A stretch of 64,000 nt of DNA from Polyangiaceae bacterium (GTDB lineage Bacteria > Myxococcota_A > Polyangia > Polyangiales > Polyangiaceae). Below are positions 54,622 through 64,000 of this stretch, piece by piece; the stretch's first letter is position 1; each line of letters starts with the position of its first letter. The stretch spans positions 64,001 to 128,000 of the forward strand of contig JBILLK010000006.1 in NCBI GenBank assembly GCA_044376115.1, written 5' to 3'. A model generated the notes under the pieces. That model did no database searches. It saw nothing but the letters and a program-made list of their open reading frames with translations, and had not been told where the DNA came from. Both the position numbers and the translations under genes were made by a program.

Positions 54622-55716
54622 GTGTACGATCTCGCTTTTCGGCTGTTCTCGTTGTTTCCGGCCGAGCCGATGCACGAACTCGTGTTTGGCGGGCTGAGCG
54701 CGCTGATGAAGCTGCGCCCGCTCGAGTCGGCGACCAATCGCTGGCTGGCCGCAAGTGACCCGACCGTCGCTGTCTCGGCTTTGGGTACCGTTTTCCCGAG
54801 CCCGCTTGGGCTCGCTGCCGGCTTCGACAAGAACGCCCGCGCGCCGCAGGCCTTGCTTGCGCTGGGCTTCGGCTTCATCGAGGTCGGTTCGGTGACGCCG
54901 CGCGCACAGCCCGGCAACCCGAAGCCGCGGCTATTTCGGCTGAAGCACGACCGAGCCTTGCTCAACCGTATGGGCTTCAACAACGATGGCGCTGTTGCGG
55001 TCGCGGCGCGGTTGGCCAAGCGACCGAGCCCGCTGGTTGCGGTCAACATCGGTAAAAACAAAAGCACGTCGGAAGCCGATGCCCCCAGCGACTACCGCGA
55101 GGCTGCTCGTTTGCTCGGCGCTCACGCGGCGTTCTTGGTCGTGAACGTGAGCTCGCCGAATACGGCGGGTCTGCGTGATCTGCAGGCGAGCGAAGCGTTG
55201 ACGGCAGTGCTCACGGCCGCGCGCGAGGGGCTCGAAGCGAGCGGTGCGAACAAGCGTGTGCCGCTGCTGGTCAAGATCGCTCCCGATCTGAGCGACGACG
55301 AGGTCGATGCGATCGCTGAGGTCGCTCTGCAGCTTGGCGTCGACGGTATCGTTGCAACCAACACCACCATCGCTCGCAGCGGTCTGCAAACCGACGCTGA
55401 AGCTGTCGCGCAGCTGGGCAACGGCGGTCTGAGCGGGCCCTTGCTCAAAGAGCGTTCACGGCAGATCCTGGCCCGTCTCTACCGCAAGGTCGGGCGCTCG
55501 ATGGTGCTGATATCGGTGGGCGGGATCGATTCGGCGGAGGAGGCTTGGGCGCGCATCGTCAACGGTGCCACCTTGCTCGAGCTCTATACGAGCTTCATCT
55601 ACGAGGGCCCGTTGGTTGCCTATCGGATTCACCACGGGCTCGCGGCTCGCGTACGTCAGGCGGGCTTCAGCTCGATTTCCGAAGCCGTTGGCTCGGCCGT
55701 ACGAGCCATGAACTAG
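54622..55716 (+). CDS. pyrD: Quinone-dependent dihydroorotate dehydrogenase (class 2)
   Basis: GLAAGFDKN, GSVTPRAQPGNPKPRLFR, NRMGFNN, NVSSPNT, KIAPD, ATNTT and GGLSG. Confidence 0.97.
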   Translation: MYDLAFRLFSLFPAEPMHELVFGGLSALMKLRPLESATNRWLAASDPTVAVSALGTVFPSPLGLAAGFDKNARAPQALLALGFGFIEVGSVTPRAQPGNPKPRLFRLKHDRALLNRMGFNNDGAVAVAARLAKRPSPLVAVNIGKNKSTSEADAPSDYREAARLLGAHAAFLVVNVSSPNTAGLRDLQASEALTAVLTAAREGLEASGANKRVPLLVKIAPDLSDDEVDAIAEVALQLGVDGIVATNTTIARSGLQTDAEAVAQLGNGGLSGPLLKERSRQILARLYRKVGRSMVLISVGGIDSAEEAWARIVNGATLLELYTSFIYEGPLVAYRIHHGLAARVRQAGFSSISEAVGSAVRAMN

Positions 55717-55718
55717 GG

Positions 55719-57587
55719 GTGTTCAGCCTGGTTCCTCTCGTGCTGCACCTCGCGGCACTGTCGTTGGCCCGCGCGGTGGTTCAAGCGCGAAGAACCGGCT
55801 GGGCCGAGCTCATCACCTTGTTCTGGTTGTTCGCTGCGTTCGCGATCGTGTTGCCGATGCAGCTCGCGAACGTCTGCGGCATGGTTTCACGAGGCTGGGT
55901 GGCGCTGTTCACGCTGGTCGCGAGCGCGCTGATGCTGTTCGGCTCGCGCTTGATGGTGCGGCGTCAGCGCGCTGAGCCGGTGCTGCTTTGGGCCGGGCTC
56001 GCTCGGCGCTTGCGTGGTCTCGGCTTTTCCGCCGTGATGCTGCTCTGCTTTGGGGGCTTGTGGGCCTATTCACTGCTGCAGGTCGCGGTGCTGGCCTCCG
56101 ATGCCTGGGATGGCGTTTGGTATCACGACACGATCAGCGGTTTCGTGCTGCAGTCGGGAGGCGGTAAACCCATGCCGCTGCCGCCGAACTTATTGCAGCA
56201 GGCCAACGGCTTTCCGCGTAGCGCTGAACTCACCTCGGCGTTTTGGTGGCTTTTTTGGGGACGGTCGGCGATCGAGTTGCCCAATACGTTGGCCGCTCTG
56301 CCGATGTTTTCGGCGGGCTATCTGCTTGCACGTCGCTTCGCCGGGCGTCGCGTGGCTGTGGGGTTGGCGGTGCTCGCAGCGTTGATCCCAGGCGCGATGC
56401 TGCAATGGCGAACGACCTACGTAGACGTGTTTGCCGCGGCTTGGGGGCTGACCGCCATGCACTTTGCCACTCCACCGCACCGCGATCGTTTTGGCGCGCT
56501 GCTGCTCGGGGCGGCGCTTGGACTGGCGATCGGCAGCAAGTCGATGGCTCTACTGCTTGGACCTGGCTGTGTGTTGGCTTGGTACTTTGGCCAGCCGCGA
56601 AGGTCGTGGTCGGAGCTTTGGATTGTCGCGCTTCCCGCGCTTTTTCTTGGGTTGACGCTGGTGCCCAACTACCGCGACTTTCACAATCCGTTCTGGCCGA
56701 TTCAAATCTCTGCGCCTCGGCTGGGCATCGATTGGCCGGGGGTCCGCAAGAGTTCGGAGGTCAGCGTCAACGCGAGCGCGCGAGAGACGCTGGCCTCGGT
56801 GTTCGTACCGCCGGCGCCCGGACGCGATTTCGCCGACATTCGTTGGGGTGGTTACGGCGTCGTGTTCGCGTGGGCGATGTTGCCGCTTTCGCTGGTTGCG
56901 GCTTCGCTCGTGGCGCTGCGCGTTTGGCGAACGAGTCGAGTGCGCGATGAACGTATCGTGAAGCTCGCGCGGGCGCGCGCCGTGCGCGTCCTCTTCGTGG
57001 TGGTGCAGCTTGCGTTGCCGGTGCTGCTATCGCCGGCGCTATGGTCGGCTCGCTACATGCTCGTACAAGCTTGCGCCCTTTTCGCGATCAGCGGCGGGCT
57101 AAGTCGACAGAGGCGTTGGGGGCGGCCGATGTTCACCGTGGTCCTCGTGCTCGGGTTCGGCGTAACGCTCGCGCGGATCGCGAGCTTCACGCCGAGCTTG
57201 GGAGGAGCCTCAGTCAAAGAGACGCTTACGGCGCTGCGGAACCCGCAGTCCTCCATCGCCTTGGTCGGGCCCGCCTCGTGGACCATGGATGCGGAGGTTG
57301 CTCGCGCACGCGATCGCGAACTCACGACCGGCACGCTGGTGGTGTTTAGCGATGGCGTAACGTTCCCGGCCTTGCTCTACAACGATCGCTGCGACAACCA
57401 GCTGCAGTACGCAGCTGCCAGCTCAGCCTGGGGCCCGCTCCTGCGAAAGCTGCGGCCTACCTGGATTGTTGCTTCTCCGGGCGAGTCGCTGGGCCTCTAC
57501 GCCGAGGCCCATCCATCGGAGTGGGAGCCTATCGGCGCCGCGTCGCGCGGGATGCGCACGGTCGCGTATCGGCGCCGCGTGCCTTGA
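55719..57587 (+). CDS. Polytopic membrane protein, GT-C (ArnT/PMT-like) glycosyltransferase
   Basis: About 13 TMs, WDGVWYH, FPRSAEL, TYVD, GLAIGSK and NPFWP. Start uncertain (GTG 55719). Confidence 0.65.
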   Translation: MFSLVPLVLHLAALSLARAVVQARRTGWAELITLFWLFAAFAIVLPMQLANVCGMVSRGWVALFTLVASALMLFGSRLMVRRQRAEPVLLWAGLARRLRGLGFSAVMLLCFGGLWAYSLLQVAVLASDAWDGVWYHDTISGFVLQSGGGKPMPLPPNLLQQANGFPRSAELTSAFWWLFWGRSAIELPNTLAALPMFSAGYLLARRFAGRRVAVGLAVLAALIPGAMLQWRTTYVDVFAAAWGLTAMHFATPPHRDRFGALLLGAALGLAIGSKSMALLLGPGCVLAWYFGQPRRSWSELWIVALPALFLGLTLVPNYRDFHNPFWPIQISAPRLGIDWPGVRKSSEVSVNASARETLASVFVPPAPGRDFADIRWGGYGVVFAWAMLPLSLVAASLVALRVWRTSRVRDERIVKLARARAVRVLFVVVQLALPVLLSPALWSARYMLVQACALFAISGGLSRQRRWGRPMFTVVLVLGFGVTLARIASFTPSLGGASVKETLTALRNPQSSIALVGPASWTMDAEVARARDRELTTGTLVVFSDGVTFPALLYNDRCDNQLQYAAASSAWGPLLRKLRPTWIVASPGESLGLYAEAHPSEWEPIGAASRGMRTVAYRRRVP

Positions 57588-57602
57588 GCGCAGCCACGCC
57601 GA

Positions 57603-58370
57603 TCACTGATCGGGGTGGATGCCGACAGCCGACAGAAGTGCGCGCACCCGGGTGAAGAAATCAAGCCGATCCAAGGGCCGATTGAGCCAGCCGGTGGTGA
57701 TGCAGTAGTGCTTGCGGAAGGTGCCGTCATGGTGACCCGCATGATGCTCGCGCGAGATGATTAGCCGAGCTCGCATCAGCACCCGAGCAACCAGCGGCGG
57801 CCGCTCCATGTGGGCCCAGCCATGCACGATGCTGGTGAACAAGATGGCCAGCGAGAAGACCAGCACGAATAGCGAAAAAAGCGCAAATCCAGCCGTTCGT
57901 TCGAGATGGTCAGGAAAAATCGCCGGCACCAAAAGATCGAACGGCACCAGCACCAGCAAGGTCACCAAACAGTTGTCTCCGTTGGCTTCGACGAAGTCAT
58001 GCTTGGTGATCCCGAGCGGGTCGCGGTGGTGCTCACGAAACGGAAAGATCAGCTTCGGTCCGAGGAACGGCGTCTCCTCCCGCGCGTATGTGTCCGCCAG
58101 GAAGTGGACGAAGCCGCTGACGAAGTCAGCCGCTAGCAGCGCCAAGAGCAGCACCGGTAGGGTGAACAGCAAGAGCCACAACTGCTCGGCGATTACCGCG
58201 CCAATCCTGACGGCGATGCGTGCGACGAACAGGAAGTACACGGCCACCGCGGCGCACTCGATCACGCGATAGCGGCTCTTCCAGCGCAGCCCGCCACCCA
58301 GGAAATACTCTGCCAGTCCAGTTCGCAACGGGGGTTGTTGCGTGGTCGCATTGACGACTTCGTTCGACAT
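57603..58370 (-). CDS. carF: CarF/TMEM189-family plasmanylethanolamine desaturase
   Basis: ADFVSGFVHFLADT, FREHHRDP..ITKHDFVEANGDNC, VHGWAH, EHHAGHH and YCITTGWLN. Confidence 0.88.
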   Translation of the reverse strand: MSNEVVNATTQQPPLRTGLAEYFLGGGLRWKSRYRVIECAAVAVYFLFVARIAVRIGAVIAEQLWLLLFTLPVLLLALLAADFVSGFVHFLADTYAREETPFLGPKLIFPFREHHRDPLGITKHDFVEANGDNCLVTLLVLVPFDLLVPAIFPDHLERTAGFALFSLFVLVFSLAILFTSIVHGWAHMERPPLVARVLMRARLIISREHHAGHHDGTFRKHYCITTGWLNRPLDRLDFFTRVRALLSAVGIHPDQ

Positions 58371-58416
58371 CCCAGCCACCTTACGCACGACTCCTCTCGC
58401 CGGTTCAGCGAGAACG

Positions 58417-59478
58417 CTACCCAGGCAGGACCTCTTCAACCTGGGCCAAGAGCAGCATCCTGCGTTGAATGATCGGACTCGAACCATCGAGTAGGCGCGC
58501 CGTTTCGGCTAGCACCTCCTCGAGGGGGATGATTCGAACGCTCGGATCGAGCGTCTCGCGGCCTACGCCGAAGGGTGGCTCCCAACCGACCATCACGTCG
58601 CTGAGCCCGGCCTCGAGCGCGACGATCGACGCGAAGCTCAGCCGCTGCGCCAGGGTTCGATCCAGCGCTGTAGGGTCACCGCCGCGCACCACGTGTCCGA
58701 GTACCGTCTCCCGCGCATCCACCCCGGGCGCGATCGTCGTCAGCAGCTCTTGAACGCGCTCGCGGAGCCGTGCCACCGGGATCGTGCAGCCCTCGCTCTT
58801 GACGATGAGCACCCGCTTCTTTTCGCGACCCGCGGCAAAACAGCGGCGCAACATGCGGTCGAGTCGGGCAATGACCTCCTCCTCGATCATGCCGCCTTCC
58901 CCGTAAAGAATGGCGTCGGCTTCAGCCGCGATGCCGGCGCGCATGGCGAGGAAGCCGCAATTGCGGCCCATCACTTCGACGATGAAGCAGCGCCGATGAG
59001 CGCGCGCCGTGTCGCTGATGCGGTCGCAAGCGCCGACGATGGTGTTGACGGCGGTATCCACGCCGATAGCCAAGCCCGCGTGGCCGACGTCGTTGTCGAT
59101 CGAGGCGGGGATGCCGACGACCTTGAGCGAAGCACTCTTGGCCGCAAGCACGTGCGCGCCGGTCAAGGAGCCGTTGCCTCCCACCACGACCAATCCCTCG
59201 ATCCCGAGCTCCTTCAAGTTGGCCATGGCGCGCGTTTGCCCCTCGGGCGTCGTCATTTCGAGACAACGCGAGGAGCCGAGGACGGTACCGCCTTGGCGCG
59301 TTATGCCTTCGATACTGTCCGCCGCTAGCGGACCCGCGTCCTTGTTGAGCACGCCAAGGTAGCCGTTTCGGATTCCTACGATCTCGTGGCCGCGCGCCTT
59401 GCCGACCACGGCCAGGGCTCGAATCGCAGCGTTCATTCCGGGGGCGTCGCCTCCCGAGGTGAGGATCCCAATGCGCAT
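58417..59478 (-). CDS. pfkA: 6-phosphofructokinase (probably ATP-dependent)
   Basis: ILTSGGDAPGMNAAIR, GGTVLGSSR, GGNGS, PASIDND, VEVMGRNCG and LGHVVRGG. Start at ATG 59478. Confidence 0.95.
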   Translation of the reverse strand: MRIGILTSGGDAPGMNAAIRALAVVGKARGHEIVGIRNGYLGVLNKDAGPLAADSIEGITRQGGTVLGSSRCLEMTTPEGQTRAMANLKELGIEGLVVVGGNGSLTGAHVLAAKSASLKVVGIPASIDNDVGHAGLAIGVDTAVNTIVGACDRISDTARAHRRCFIVEVMGRNCGFLAMRAGIAAEADAILYGEGGMIEEEVIARLDRMLRRCFAAGREKKRVLIVKSEGCTIPVARLRERVQELLTTIAPGVDARETVLGHVVRGGDPTALDRTLAQRLSFASIVALEAGLSDVMVGWEPPFGVGRETLDPSVRIIPLEEVLAETARLLDGSSPIIQRRMLLLAQVEEVLPG

Positions 59479-59509
59479 CGCCCGATGGTCGATGTAGCGA
59501 GCGAGCCGG

Positions 59510-60370
59510 TCAACCCTCTTTCCGCGGAAGCTGGGAGCGCCGCAGCTCTCGCTCGGCGTCGATTGCTTCGAGGGAGCTCTTTGCGCCGGCGAAGAAAGCG
59601 ATCTGCCCGTCGGGGACCTCGGCCTCACGCAGGTTGATACGAATGAGCGTCGCGCCACGACGTCGGCAAAGTTGCTCACCGAGCATGCGTACGGTTGGGA
59701 TCGCCGTGCCAGCGCCGCACTCGACGATCACGAGCTTTGCGCTGGCGGGAAGGGCCTCGAGCCAGCGCTCGAGTCGGGCCTCTTGTTCGTCGGTGCGCCG
59801 GGAGTCCCAGCCGCTGTCGCCGAACATCAATACGTTGGGGCGGGCCAGCCCGCCGCATCGCGCACAGCTCGGCAGCGGGCCGCGTGCGCGGAAGCTGCTT
59901 TCGTCGACCTCGACGATCGCGCCGTCTGCGCTGAAGATGCCGGGGCAACCGCGCAGACATTGCAAATAGTCGATCGCACCGTGGCACTCGACCATGCGCT
60001 CTGCGTCGAAGCCCGCGCGCACAAAGGCGCCGTCGACGTTGCTAGTGAACACGAAGCCGCCACTGGCGCAGCTGGCCGCCCAACGTTTGAGCACGGCAAA
60101 GCCGGCGTGCGGCGCGGTGCTTCGATAGAGGTTGAGCCGATGCCCGTAGAAGCCCCAGGCGAGGGTCGGATCGGTATGAAACCAGCGCGGGTTGGCCATC
60201 TGGGCGAAGGAAAGGCCAAGCTTCGCGATCGGTGGATAGACCGCCCAAAAGCCTTCGTTACCGCGAAAATCCGGCAAGCCCGAATCCACGCCCATGCCAG
60301 CGCCCGCGGTGATCAGCAGCGCGTCTGCCTGGTCCACGGCCAGCGCCGCTCTGGCGATGGAAGAAATCAT
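59510..60370 (-). CDS. Sir2-family NAD-dependent protein deacylase
   Basis: TAGAGMGVDSGLPDFRG, TSNVDG, ECHG, zinc-binding CxxxC/CxxC, RPNVLMF and IRIN. Confidence 0.92.
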   Translation of the reverse strand: MISSIARAALAVDQADALLITAGAGMGVDSGLPDFRGNEGFWAVYPPIAKLGLSFAQMANPRWFHTDPTLAWGFYGHRLNLYRSTAPHAGFAVLKRWAASCASGGFVFTSNVDGAFVRAGFDAERMVECHGAIDYLQCLRGCPGIFSADGAIVEVDESSFRARGPLPSCARCGGLARPNVLMFGDSGWDSRRTDEQEARLERWLEALPASAKLVIVECGAGTAIPTVRMLGEQLCRRRGATLIRINLREAEVPDGQIAFFAGAKSSLEAIDAERELRRSQLPRKEG

Positions 60371-60434
60371 CGCGTCAGTTTAGCCGTGGACGCGCGTCCT
60401 TCGTGGAGTTCGTTGCCAGATGAGCCCCGCTCTC

Positions 60435-60478
60435 CGCGGTGGCGCCTCGTCGTGAAAGGCGCCACCGCGTTTTTTTTT
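60435..60478 (+). terminator. Strong intrinsic terminator just upstream of gloA
   Basis: CGCGGTGGCGCCT-cgtcgtgaa-AGGCGCCACCGCG followed by T9. Confidence 0.85.
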
Positions 60479-60494
60479 CGCGTACGCTGGGCTG

Positions 60495-60881
60495 ATGCGG
60501 ATGCTCCACACCATGTTGCGCGTCGGGGATCTCGACGCTTCTTTGGCCTTTTACTGCGAGGGCCTCGGGATGAAGTTGCTGCGTCGCAACGACTATCCGG
60601 GCGGTGAGTTCACCTTGGCGTTCGTCGGTTACGGTGAAGAGTCGAACAGCACGGTGCTCGAGCTGACGCACAATTGGGGGCGCAAGGACTACACGCTCGG
60701 CGACGCCTTTGGCCATCTCGCGTTCAGCACGAGCAACATCGTAGAGACGGTGGAGCGGCTGCGTGCGAAGGGCATCAAGGTGACGAGGGAGCCCGGGCCG
60801 ATGAAGCACGGTACGACGGTGATCGCTTTCGTCGAAGACCCGGACGGCTACAAGGTGGAGCTAATCGAACGCGCGGAGTGA
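60495..60881 (+). CDS. gloA: Lactoylglutathione lyase (glyoxalase I)
   Basis: [41 protein letters not shown] and [10 protein letters not shown]. Confidence 0.96.
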   Translation: MRMLHTMLRVGDLDASLAFYCEGLGMKLLRRNDYPGGEFTLAFVGYGEESNSTVLELTHNWGRKDYTLGDAFGHLAFSTSNIVETVERLRAKGIKVTREPGPMKHGTTVIAFVEDPDGYKVELIERAE

Positions 60882-61075
60882 GTGCGAAGCGGCGGACGCG
60901 GTTTCCGTCGCACTGACGGGCCGCGCTCTGGTTTGCCGCGATCCGCGGTGCTCGCGTCGATAGGAGCCCGCTCCAGGGTTGCTGCCTGCGGGCCGCACCC
61001 GTTCCCAGCGCAGACCGATGTTGCTACCGGTGGTTGCAACGTCCGTGAACTACTGCGGACAGAGGAGCCCTTTTT

Positions 61076-62923
61076 ATGCGCTTACGCGACCGCAAGCTCG
61101 CGCTGTTGCTCGCCACTCTGGTGGCCGGCCTTGTCGTTGAAACGAAGGTCTCGGCCCAAGAAGCTGCCGCCATCGACCTGCCAAAGTTTGACCCCTCCTT
61201 CGCGGGAGACCGCTTCTTCGGCGTGCCTTCACCCTTCACGCCCAGCGACGGCGTGTTCAACCTGCACGGTGGTGTCGTGCTCGACTACGCGCACAACCCG
61301 CTGGTGGTTGCTTCGAGCGATGATTCACCGCTCTCGTGCGGCGAGTCCGAGTGTTCCGTCGTTGAGCATCAGCTCTTCCTCCACGCCAACGTGACCGTAG
61401 CCTTGTTCGATCGCGTGTCGGTCAACGTCGATATGCCGTTTGCGTTGTACCAAGCGGGGGAGGGCAACGTCGGCAATGACGCCTTGACGTTGACCAGCCC
61501 CAGCGGAGCCGAGCTCGGGGACCTGCGGGTGGGTGCGCGCGTTCGCTTGTTCGGCGAGTACCATGACGCCTTCCAGGTTGGCCTTGGCGGCTATCTGTGG
61601 GTTCCCACTGGCGGTAGCGATGCCTACGTGACCGATGGTTCGGTGCGTGGTCAGCCTCATGCGCTCGTCGGTGGGCGCGCGGATCGCTTCATCTGGACGG
61701 CGGCGGTCGGGCCGACGCTGCGAGGCTCGGCGCAGGTCGCGAACGTGACCCTCGGCCATCAGTTCAATTGGGGCGCTGGCGCTGGAGTGCTGCTGCTCGA
61801 GGATCGCACGCTGCAGCTGGGGCTTGAAACCAGCGGAGCCGTTTCGTTCGACGAGACCGAAGGTCGCAACACCAACGCCGAGGTGCTCGCCGGAGCGAAG
61901 TTCCGCTTCGTGAAGTTCATGGAGGCAGGCCTGGCAGCCGGTCCCGGTCTGACCAACGGCGTCGGTACGCCGGACTTTCGAGGCGTATTCACGCTGCAGT
62001 ACACGCCTGAGCCCGTCGCTGCACGAGACTCCGATGGAGACGGCATTCTCGACGCCGTGGACGCCTGCCCGACGGTCAAAGGCGTGACCTCGTCGGATCC
62101 GGCCAAGCACGGCTGCCCGGCCGAGATCGGTGACAAAGACAAGGACGGCATCCTCGATGACGTCGACGCTTGCATCGACATCCCCGGTGTCGCTAGCGAC
62201 GACAAGAAGAAGCACGGCTGCCCGGTCGTGATCGGTGACAAGGACAAGGACGGCATCCTCGACAACGTTGACGCTTGCGTGGACGTGGCTGGCGTCGCCA
62301 ACGAAGACCCGAAGAAGAACGGCTGCCCGCCGGATCGTGACGGGGACGGCATCATCGACGCTGAAGACGCTTGTCCGGATCTTGCTGGCGTCGCCAGCGA
62401 AGACAAGACGAAGCACGGCTGCCCGCTGCCGGTGGACACCGACGGTGACGGCATCATGGATCCGGATGACGCGTGCCCGCGCGAGAAGGGCGCGCCCAAC
62501 GCGGACAAGACGAAGCACGGCTGCCCGACGGTTTTCATCACCGAGAACGAGATCGTGATCCTCGAGCAGGTCCAGTTCGACACCGGCAAGGCTACAATCA
62601 AGCCGGTCTCCAACGACCTGCTCGACAAGGTGAGCAAGATCCTGAAGGAGCACCCGGAGATCAAGAAGCTCGAGGTGCAGGGCCACACCGATTCGCGCGG
62701 CACTCGCCAGTCCAACGTGATCCTCTCCGATGCACGAGCGAAAGCCGTCCTCCAGGCGCTCGTCAAGCGAGGCATCGAGGCCGCCCGTCTCAGCTCCAAG
62801 GGCTACGGCCCCGACAAGCCGCTCGACCCGGCTCAGAACGAGGCCGCTTGGAGCAAGAACCGGCGCGTTCAGTTCGTGGTCCTGCAGAAGGATGCCTCGA
62901 ACACTGAGGTCAAAACCAAATGA
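61076..62923 (+). CDS. OmpA-family outer-membrane protein (beta-barrel + TSP3 repeats + OmpA_C), TraB-like architecture
   Basis: Signal peptide, LDYAHNPLV, GDLRVG, five DxDxDGIxDxxDAC...K(H/N)GCP repeats, VQFDTGKA, VQGHTD and NRRVQF. Confidence 0.92.
   Translation: MRLRDRKLALLLATLVAGLVVETKVSAQEAAAIDLPKFDPSFAGDRFFGVPSPFTPSDGVFNLHGGVVLDYAHNPLVVASSDDSPLSCGESECSVVEHQLFLHANVTVALFDRVSVNVDMPFALYQAGEGNVGNDALTLTSPSGAELGDLRVGARVRLFGEYHDAFQVGLGGYLWVPTGGSDAYVTDGSVRGQPHALVGGRADRFIWTAAVGPTLRGSAQVANVTLGHQFNWGAGAGVLLLEDRTLQLGLETSGAVSFDETEGRNTNAEVLAGAKFRFVKFMEAGLAAGPGLTNGVGTPDFRGVFTLQYTPEPVAARDSDGDGILDAVDACPTVKGVTSSDPAKHGCPAEIGDKDKDGILDDVDACIDIPGVASDDKKKHGCPVVIGDKDKDGILDNVDACVDVAGVANEDPKKNGCPPDRDGDGIIDAEDACPDLAGVASEDKTKHGCPLPVDTDGDGIMDPDDACPREKGAPNADKTKHGCPTVFITENEIVILEQVQFDTGKATIKPVSNDLLDKVSKILKEHPEIKKLEVQGHTDSRGTRQSNVILSDARAKAVLQALVKRGIEAARLSSKGYGPDKPLDPAQNEAAWSKNRRVQFVVLQKDASNTEVKTK
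62027..62530 (+). repeat. Five coding TSP3-like repeats within the OmpA protein
   Basis: Recurring gacggcatcctcga...gcttgc...aagcacggctgccc units. Confidence 0.75.
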
Positions 62924-62979
62924 ACGGGAACGAAGCAACGAGCTCTGGGGACTGTGAAACCCCGAAAGAAGTAAACCCG

Positions 62980-64000
62980 ATGAAGCGAATCAGTCTTTTC
63001 CTTCTCTTTGCGCTCGTGGCGAGCTTCGCCTGGAGCCAGGACGCGTTGGCGTCCCACTTCCGCTACGGGACGATCTATTGGCGTATCCCGGACCCTGTGG
63101 GCGCGCCGCGTACGGTGGAGTTCACCGTTCAGCAGGCCTGGCGTACAACGTTCCTTGACTGCACCGAAATCAACTTCGGTGATGGCACCACCAGCAACGC
63201 GTGCGGCGGCGTCGCCAACATCGGCGTCGGTCTCGATGCGCTAGGGCAGAGTTATACGCTGCGCCAATACGTCGTGTCGCGAACCTACGCCGGCAACAAC
63301 ACGTCGTTTCTCTCGTTCTTTCAAGCCAATGCTCGAATTGGCGCGCCTCTTCAGAACGGCGCGAATGCTCAGTTCCGCGTCGAGAGCCGGGTCAGTCTGC
63401 TCGCTGGAAACAGCAGCGGGCCGATCTCGGCCTCTCCGCCGATTCGGCAGTTCCAGACCGGTGCGATTCGCCAGATCTTCTTCCCCGTTTTCGATGCCGA
63501 CGGCGACGCAACGTCCTGTCGTATCGGCACCGACGCTGAGGCTGGCTTTACGGGGTCAGTCCCGACGATCGCGGGCAATGCGCCCGTGATAACGGCGGTC
63601 CCGGGTGGTTGCTTGGTGACGTGGAACGTCACCACGGGCGTGGTCGGGAATCAGTACGTGATCCACTTGGTGATGGAGTCAACACGCGGCGGCGGCGTGA
63701 GTTCCACTCACATCGACCTGTTGATTGAACTTGTGCTTCCTCCCGTTCCCACGTGCAACGGCGGCGGCATCTTCGACGTGGATCCCAACGCCAATCTCTC
63801 GGTACTAACAACCATCACTGATCCGGGAATGGCGGTCGGAAACACGACCCTCACGGCTCTCAACAACCCCGCCGGTTCAACGTTCAACCCAGCGCTCAAT
63901 ACGGCGCAAGCCGCACCCTGGAGCAGCACCTTCTCATGGACGCCCAACCTTGCTCAGGCTGGAACGACTCGCATCGTCACGGTGAATTACACCAACGCGA
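62980..64000 (+). CDS. Secreted/surface protein with SHFRYG N-terminal motif, truncated by the window end (not in the ORF track)
   Basis: Translated by hand from ATG 62980: MKRISLFLLFALVASFAWSQDALA|SHFRYGTIYW...INFGDG...DADGD. No stop was seen before the window end. Confidence 0.75.
   Translation, partial: MKRISLFLLFALVASFAWSQDALASHFRYGTIYWRIPDPVGAPRTVEFTVQQAWRTTFLDCTEINFGDGTTSNACGGVANIGVGLDALGQSYTLRQYVVSRTYAGNNTSFLSFFQANARIGAPLQNGANAQFRVESRVSLLAGNSSGPISASPPIRQFQTGAIRQIFFPVFDADGDATSCRIGTDAEAGFTGSVPTIAGNAPVITAVPGGCLVTWNVTTGVVGNQYVIHLVMESTRGGGVSSTHIDLLIELVLPPVPTCNGGGIFDVDPNANLSVLTTITDPGMAVGNTTLTALNNPAGSTFNPALNTAQAAPWSSTFSWTPNLAQAGTTRIVTVNYTNA

Noticed and set aside
60882..61075. Leader hairpins before the OmpA gene as a known riboswitch
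   Set aside because: No recognisable c-di-GMP, cobalamin, TPP or SAM consensus; short GC-rich stems may be chance.

Overview
High-GC bacterial chromosomal window, most likely from a myxobacterium (Myxococcota, Polyangiales-like). This is inferred from a MYXO-CTERM-type sorting tail, an SCE4755-like His-brace protein, CarF, TSP3-repeat OmpA proteins, a TonB_C-fused receptor and Gly-rich lipoproteins. It holds about 50 CDS. Housekeeping genes are rplS, the jag-yidC-yidD-rnpA-rpmH block (without dnaA), pyrD, pfkA, gloA, ltaE and a sirtuin. There are many envelope and secreted proteins. No rRNA, tRNA, CRISPR array, transposase or integrase was recognised. Main observations: (1) a hidden 121-aa membrane protein (25668-26033, -) read through an in-frame TGA that is followed 11 nt later by an fdhF-like SECIS hairpin, i.e. 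a candidate selenoprotein that the ORF track truncates; (2) a co-oriented FHA/FHA/PP2C/triple-FHA-ABC/TonB-receptor/lipoprotein cluster, possibly a phospho-regulated trans-envelope system; (3) a pentameric ligand-gated ion channel translationally coupled to an output-less Cache-HAMP sensor; (4) a densely structured intergenic element (24843-25016) with C-GNA-G triloop hairpins and a 14-bp-closed cloverleaf; (5) a Tat/lipoprotein-like peptide with repeated PPx(V/A)CL motifs fused head-to-tail with an unknown gene. All family calls come from motif recognition by eye; no database searches were run.
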